Shown one piece after another: positions 59,421-64,000 of a stretch of DNA of 64,000 nt. Below the pieces are notes generated by a model, which did no database searches, had not been told where the DNA came from, and worked only from the letters and a program-made list of their open reading frames with translations. This DNA comes from Minisyncoccota bacterium (lineage in GTDB: Bacteria > Patescibacteriota > Minisyncoccia > Phycocordibacterales > UBA5272). The position numbers and the translations under genes were made by a program. Within the stretch, counting starts at the first letter, position 1, and each line of letters starts with the position of its first letter. Location of the stretch: assembly GCA_041651055.1 (NCBI GenBank), contig JBAZJW010000001.1, positions 84,737 through 148,736 of the forward strand. Direction: 5' to 3'.

Positions 59421-60101
59421 ATGCTCTACTTCGACCAAGTTTCAAAAGAATATAGCGACGGCAATAAAGTGCTGGATAATATTTCTCTCACGGTGCATCA
59501 AGGTGAACTCGTTTCTATCGTCGGACACTCAGGTGCCGGCAAGACAACACTTATCAAACTCCTCTTAGCTGAAGAACAGCCAACAGAAGGGACGGTCTCT
59601 TTCCATTCGGACAACATTAGTACGCTTAAAGGAAAAGATATGGTGAATTACAGACGAAAGGTTGGTGTGGTGTTTCAGGACTTTCGTTTGATTGCGAACA
59701 AGACCGCGTATGAAAACGTGGCCTTTGCCATGGAAGCTGCCGGTAAAATGGATGAAGATATCAAGGAAGATGTGCCGCATGTGCTCGAGCTTGTGGATTT
59801 GAAAAGTAAAATGCACCACTTCCCACACCAGCTTTCTGGTGGAGAACAACAACGCGTGGCTATCGCGCGTGCGATTATCAATCGTCCCGAAATTATTATT
59901 GCTGATGAGCCGACAGGAAATCTCGACCCACTCAACACCTACGACATCGTGCAGATCTTGAAAAAGATTAACGATCTCGGTACAACGGTGATTCTCACGA
60001 CACACAACAAAGGCATCGTGGACAATCTCGGACGCCGCGTTATCACCATGGAAGATGGACGCATCACCCGTGACCAGAAGTCAGGTAAGTTTACAATGTA
60101 A
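59421..60101 (+). CDS. ftsE: Cell division ATPase FtsE
   Basis: [25 protein letters not shown]; upstream of ftsX. Start revised. Confidence 0.93.
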   Translation: MLYFDQVSKEYSDGNKVLDNISLTVHQGELVSIVGHSGAGKTTLIKLLLAEEQPTEGTVSFHSDNISTLKGKDMVNYRRKVGVVFQDFRLIANKTAYENVAFAMEAAGKMDEDIKEDVPHVLELVDLKSKMHHFPHQLSGGEQQRVAIARAIINRPEIIIADEPTGNLDPLNTYDIVQILKKINDLGTTVILTTHNKGIVDNLGRRVITMEDGRITRDQKSGKFTM

Positions 60102-60113
60102 TACATCGTCCAC

Positions 60114-61040
60114 ATGAAAACCACACTCACCAGAAGAATAGTTACTGCCGGATTGCGAGGCTTTTACCGTAACCGTACTGTATCGCTCTCGTCTATTTTT
60201 ATTTTAACGATTACGCTTTCCATTATTACTGCGTTTTATTTGTTCCGTGCGATTTTTGATTATACGCTTGATCAGGTTCGTGAAAAGGTGGATGTGCGTG
60301 TGTACTTTACGGTAGACGCGAGTGAAGAACAGATCACTGAGGTGAAAGCAAAACTCCTTGGTCTTTCTCAAGTAAAAACAGTAACCTATACATCTCGTGA
60401 ACAAGCGCTCTCTGATTTCAAAACAAAGCATCAGGGGGATCAGCTTACTTTGCAAGCTATCGATGAACTCGGCACTAACCCATTCGGTGCATCACTTTCT
60501 GTGGTTGCGAAAGACACCTCACAGTACGAAGCGATTGCGAATCAGTTGTCTGGAGGGCAGGGATTGCTCGGTGAACTTTCTGGTTCTGTTGATAAAATAA
60601 ATTACTATCAATTGAAAGACAGTATTGATAAATTGAACAATATTATTGGCTGGACCAACACGGTCGGCTTCTGGCTCTCGATGATATTTATTTTGATGAG
60701 TTGTATGATTGTATACAACACGATTCGTCTCGCCATCTTCGTGTATCGAGATGAGATTGCAATTATGAAATTGGTAGGTGCTTCGAATATGTTTATTCGT
60801 GGTCCGTTCGTCGTCGAAGCTATGCTCTATGCATTCATTGCGACAGTCATCACTCTTGCGTTTTTCTACCCCGCGACAATCTGGGTTACCAAGAAGACAG
60901 TATTTTTCTTTGAAGGTATGAATATCAATCAATACTATACACAGCATTTCTTCCAGCTTCTCGGAATACTGCTCTTATCCGGAATGGTATTGGCGGTTAT
61001 ATCCTCTCTACTTGCTGTCCGAAAGTATCTAAAGGTCTAG
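60114..61040 (+). CDS. ftsX: Cell division permease FtsX
   Basis: NTIRLAI..RDEIAIMKLVGASNMFIRGPF. Confidence 0.93.
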   Translation: MKTTLTRRIVTAGLRGFYRNRTVSLSSIFILTITLSIITAFYLFRAIFDYTLDQVREKVDVRVYFTVDASEEQITEVKAKLLGLSQVKTVTYTSREQALSDFKTKHQGDQLTLQAIDELGTNPFGASLSVVAKDTSQYEAIANQLSGGQGLLGELSGSVDKINYYQLKDSIDKLNNIIGWTNTVGFWLSMIFILMSCMIVYNTIRLAIFVYRDEIAIMKLVGASNMFIRGPFVVEAMLYAFIATVITLAFFYPATIWVTKKTVFFFEGMNINQYYTQHFFQLLGILLLSGMVLAVISSLLAVRKYLKV

Positions 61041-61131
61041 ACAGATTTTAGACTTTAGGTGTTAGATTTTAGATATACATACCGTCGGTACTGATTTATC
61101 TAAAATCTAAAGTCCAATATCTAACATCTAC
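61041..61131. repeat. Inverted pair of period-7 arrays (TTTTAGA / TCTAAAA)
   Basis: GATTTTA GACTTTA GGTGTTA GATTTTA ... TCTAAAA TCTAAAG TCCAATA TCTAACA TCTA. Confidence 0.8.
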
Positions 61132-61135
61132 CACT

Positions 61136-62794
61136 ATGACTCAAGCGACTGCCTTACAAATTCTCAAACTCGGACATACGACCTTTCTCACAGGAGCGGC
61201 TGGTGCGGGTAAGTCATATGCGCTTCGTGAGTACATTGCGTACTTGAAAAAGCACGGTGTGAAATATGCAGTCACCGCGTCTACCGGTATCGCGTCCACG
61301 CATATTGGTGGCACGACCATTCATGCATGGAGTGGTATTGGTATCAAACAAAAATTACATGCGTATGATTTAGACGCGCTTGAAGAAAAACAAAATCTCT
61401 ACAAAAGGTGGAATGAAACACAAGTGCTCATCATCGATGAAATCTCCATGCTTCATGCATCCTTCGTGGATATGTTGGACAAGGTCGCGAAAAGAATGCG
61501 AAGAAGTGATATGCCTTTCGGAGGTATACAAGTGGTGTTCACGGGGGATTTCTTTCAGCTTCCTCCAGTGGTACGTCATGGTGACCTTTATGAAAGTGAG
61601 GGTGTGTTCGCATTTACATCTCGTGCATGGCGTGAAGCCAAGCCTGTAGTGTGCTATTTGACCGAACAATTCCGTCAGGACGATGACAAGCTTTCGTCCG
61701 TACTCCAAGCGATACGAAGCGGAGAAGTGGAAGAAGAGCATTATGAATATTTGCAGTCAACGAGCAGTAAAGAACACAAAGAGGACCACATTAAGTTATA
61801 TACGCACAATGAGAACGTAGATGTTATCAACAAAAAAGAATACGATGCGATTGAAGGCGAATCTCGTGTTTACGATATGATCACGAAAGGTAAAGCGTCT
61901 ATTGTGGAATCGCTCAAGCACAACTGTCTCGCGGATGAGCGACTGTATCTCAAAGTCGGAGCGAAAGTCATTTGTATAAAAAATAGTGTCGATAGGACGT
62001 ACGTGAACGGATCCATGGGTGTGGTTGCTCGTTTCGACAACGAAGGTGCACCAGTCATCACTCTTGCGAATGGTAAGACGGTGACCATCAAACCAGATAC
62101 ATGGAGAATCGAAGAAGATGGAAAAGTACGCGCCGAGCTCACGCAGCTCCCGGTGAAATTGGCATGGGCGATCACCGTGCACAAGAGCCAGGGAATGACT
62201 CTCGACAGAGCTTCCATTGATCTTAGTCGTGCGTTTGCTTCTGGCCAGGGATATGTGGCACTCTCACGTTTAAAGTCACTCGAGGGGCTTCATTTGACGG
62301 GATTTAATCCTCAGGCATTACAGATTGCTGAAGAAGTGCGAGAGGCCGATAGTACTTTTCGTAAAAAGAGTGAACAAGCCGAAGACGCTATCGCGAAATA
62401 TTCCGAAGCAGAAGCAGAAAAGTTACACGAAGCCTTCCTTACAAATTCCGGTGGTCAACTCGTAGAATTAGACGACGAAGAGGCAGAGGAGATACAAGAA
62501 AAAGTCGCATCACATACCAAGACCCAAGATATGCTTAAAGAAAAAATTTCTATCGAAGCCATTGCCGAGAGACGTAATCTTTCTATTGATACAATTATTG
62601 GTCACATTGAAAAGTTAGTAGAATTGAAAGAGCCTGTCGAGCTTGCACATGTCCTTCCTGCCAAGAAAGACGTTACGAAAATCCTCAAAACCTTCGAAGA
62701 GCTAGAAACCAAAAAGCTTACCCCTGTGCATGAGCACCTAAAAGGGAAGTATACCTATCACGAAATACGGCTTGTGAGGGCTTCTATTGTTTAA
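61136..62794 (+). CDS. Pif1-like SF1B helicase with a C-terminal HTH
   Basis: GAAGAGKS, STGIA, IDEISM, PFGG, GDFFQLPP, AWAITVHKSQGMTL, YVALSR; the C-terminus resembles the RecQ-associated HTH_40. Confidence 0.9.
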   Translation: MTQATALQILKLGHTTFLTGAAGAGKSYALREYIAYLKKHGVKYAVTASTGIASTHIGGTTIHAWSGIGIKQKLHAYDLDALEEKQNLYKRWNETQVLIIDEISMLHASFVDMLDKVAKRMRRSDMPFGGIQVVFTGDFFQLPPVVRHGDLYESEGVFAFTSRAWREAKPVVCYLTEQFRQDDDKLSSVLQAIRSGEVEEEHYEYLQSTSSKEHKEDHIKLYTHNENVDVINKKEYDAIEGESRVYDMITKGKASIVESLKHNCLADERLYLKVGAKVICIKNSVDRTYVNGSMGVVARFDNEGAPVITLANGKTVTIKPDTWRIEEDGKVRAELTQLPVKLAWAITVHKSQGMTLDRASIDLSRAFASGQGYVALSRLKSLEGLHLTGFNPQALQIAEEVREADSTFRKKSEQAEDAIAKYSEAEAEKLHEAFLTNSGGQLVELDDEEAEEIQEKVASHTKTQDMLKEKISIEAIAERRNLSIDTIIGHIEKLVELKEPVELAHVLPAKKDVTKILKTFEELETKKLTPVHEHLKGKYTYHEIRLVRASIV

Positions 62795-63013
62795 CCTTAT
62801 TCTGATTTAAAGGACAATCTTTTTTGTCTTTACTATAAAACCCTTAATAAGGGCCTTTTAATTAAACACAACACTAAAAACAGATTGACAAGCCATTAGA
62901 TAAGCATAGAATGCGATTAGCTACGAGATACGTACATAAGCGGGTAGTTTGTGTTTTTGGCAGTGTTGTTTTGCTTTACGTTTTCTTACTCAAGTGGATA
63001 CTAATAAAAAAAT

Positions 63014-64000
63014 ATGAACAAGAAATTTGTTGTTTCGGTTCTGTCAGCCTCGGCTCTTGCTTTAGGTTTTTTCACTGCTGTTTCGGCAACAGTAATGCTA
63101 CCTATTGATCTTGGGACCGCAGGCAACTTCGTTATTCTTTCAAAAACAGGAGTTACTAATATTCCAACATCATCCATAACAGGAAATATTGGAACAAGTC
63201 CTATTACTGGAGCATCAATCACTGGACTTGATTGTGCAGAGGTAACGGGATCTATTTACACGGTAGACGCCACTGGTCCATCTTGTAAAATTACGAGTCC
63301 TACATTATTGACTACAGCAATTAGCGATATGGAAACCGCATATACAGAAGCGGCCGGCAAGACTGTTTCTTCTGGAGCAACGACAGATGTCGGGGCAGGA
63401 ACATTAACTGATCTAACCCTTACATCTGGTGTATATCAGTGGGGTTCTAATGTTACGATTCCAACAGACCTTACTCTTTCTGGGGGTTCTACAGATATTT
63501 TTATTTTTAAAGTAGCAGGAACATTAGATATTGCTTCAAATAAAAATATTATCTTGACAGGAGGAGCTCTTGCTTCTAATGTTTTCTGGCAGACAACTGG
63601 CACAGTAACTATCGGATCTGGTTCACATTTTGAAGGAGTTATTTTATCTCAGACAAATATTGCCATGCTTACAGGTGCAACACTCTCCGGTAGAGCTTTT
63701 GCTAAAACAGCAGTGACATTGGATGGAAATACTATTTCTGCTTCAGACGTTGCTAGTACAGGTGTTGTCTTTATTGATACAAATGTAAATGGTACACGCG
63801 ATGGAGGAGAATTGTTTTTCTCTACCCTGCAAGGGGCGATTAATGCAGCAAGTCCAAATGACACACTTGTACTTAGTTCTGATATAACTACGATATCTAA
63901 AGTTTTGGTTGATAAAGCTTTAACGATTAATGGTGCCAACTATACACTGTATGCTAATTTTACTGGTAGTAGTGATGCAACAAATAATTCTGCAATTGAA
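63014..64000 (+). CDS. Secreted ice-binding-like (DUF3494) protein with a following beta-helix-like region; 3'-truncated
   Basis: Read manually, not in the ORF track: MNKKFVVS..IDLGTAGNFVILSKTGVT..ITGNIGTSP..AISDMETAYTEAAG..LTSGVYQW..ASNVFWQ..HFEGVIL..GRAFAKTAVTLD. Confidence 0.9.
   Translation, partial: MNKKFVVSVLSASALALGFFTAVSATVMLPIDLGTAGNFVILSKTGVTNIPTSSITGNIGTSPITGASITGLDCAEVTGSIYTVDATGPSCKITSPTLLTTAISDMETAYTEAAGKTVSSGATTDVGAGTLTDLTLTSGVYQWGSNVTIPTDLTLSGGSTDIFIFKVAGTLDIASNKNIILTGGALASNVFWQTTGTVTIGSGSHFEGVILSQTNIAMLTGATLSGRAFAKTAVTLDGNTISASDVASTGVVFIDTNVNGTRDGGELFFSTLQGAINAASPNDTLVLSSDITTISKVLVDKALTINGANYTLYANFTGSSDATNNSAIE

Overview
This is chromosomal DNA from a reduced-genome bacterium, most likely Patescibacteria/CPR (Parcubacteria-like). 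That call rests on gene content and architecture: NUDIX-inserted LeuRS, short hinge-less SMC, short RF2, a sigma70-r4/HARE-HTH protein, DUF5671 and a giant Ig/beta-propeller surface protein. The genetic code is standard (UGA is a stop and RF2 is present). The backbone holds clpB, folD, leuS, mnmA, a complete atpBEFHAGDC operon, uppP, smc, rnr, rpsP-khpA-trmD, prfB, ftsEX, a Pif1-like helicase, two MacAB/FtsX-type ABC modules and three tRNAs. I found no integrase, transposase, reverse transcriptase, CRISPR array or prophage. The most interesting signals lie between the core genes. (1) About 11 scattered orphan cassettes each carry their own promoter, Shine-Dalgarno (SD), ORF and terminator, while core genes look leaderless or SD-free. 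(2) Two families of structured non-coding elements are anchored on tRNA genes and carry locus-specific copies of the host tRNA's own 5' or 3' end. (3) Two unlinked genes end in DGR-type variable-region C-termini, with no RT or template repeat in the window. (4) Period-7 microarrays, often inverted pairs, sit at many gene junctions. (5) Several REP/MITE-like palindrome families are present. All family assignments come from motif recognition by eye; no database searches were run.
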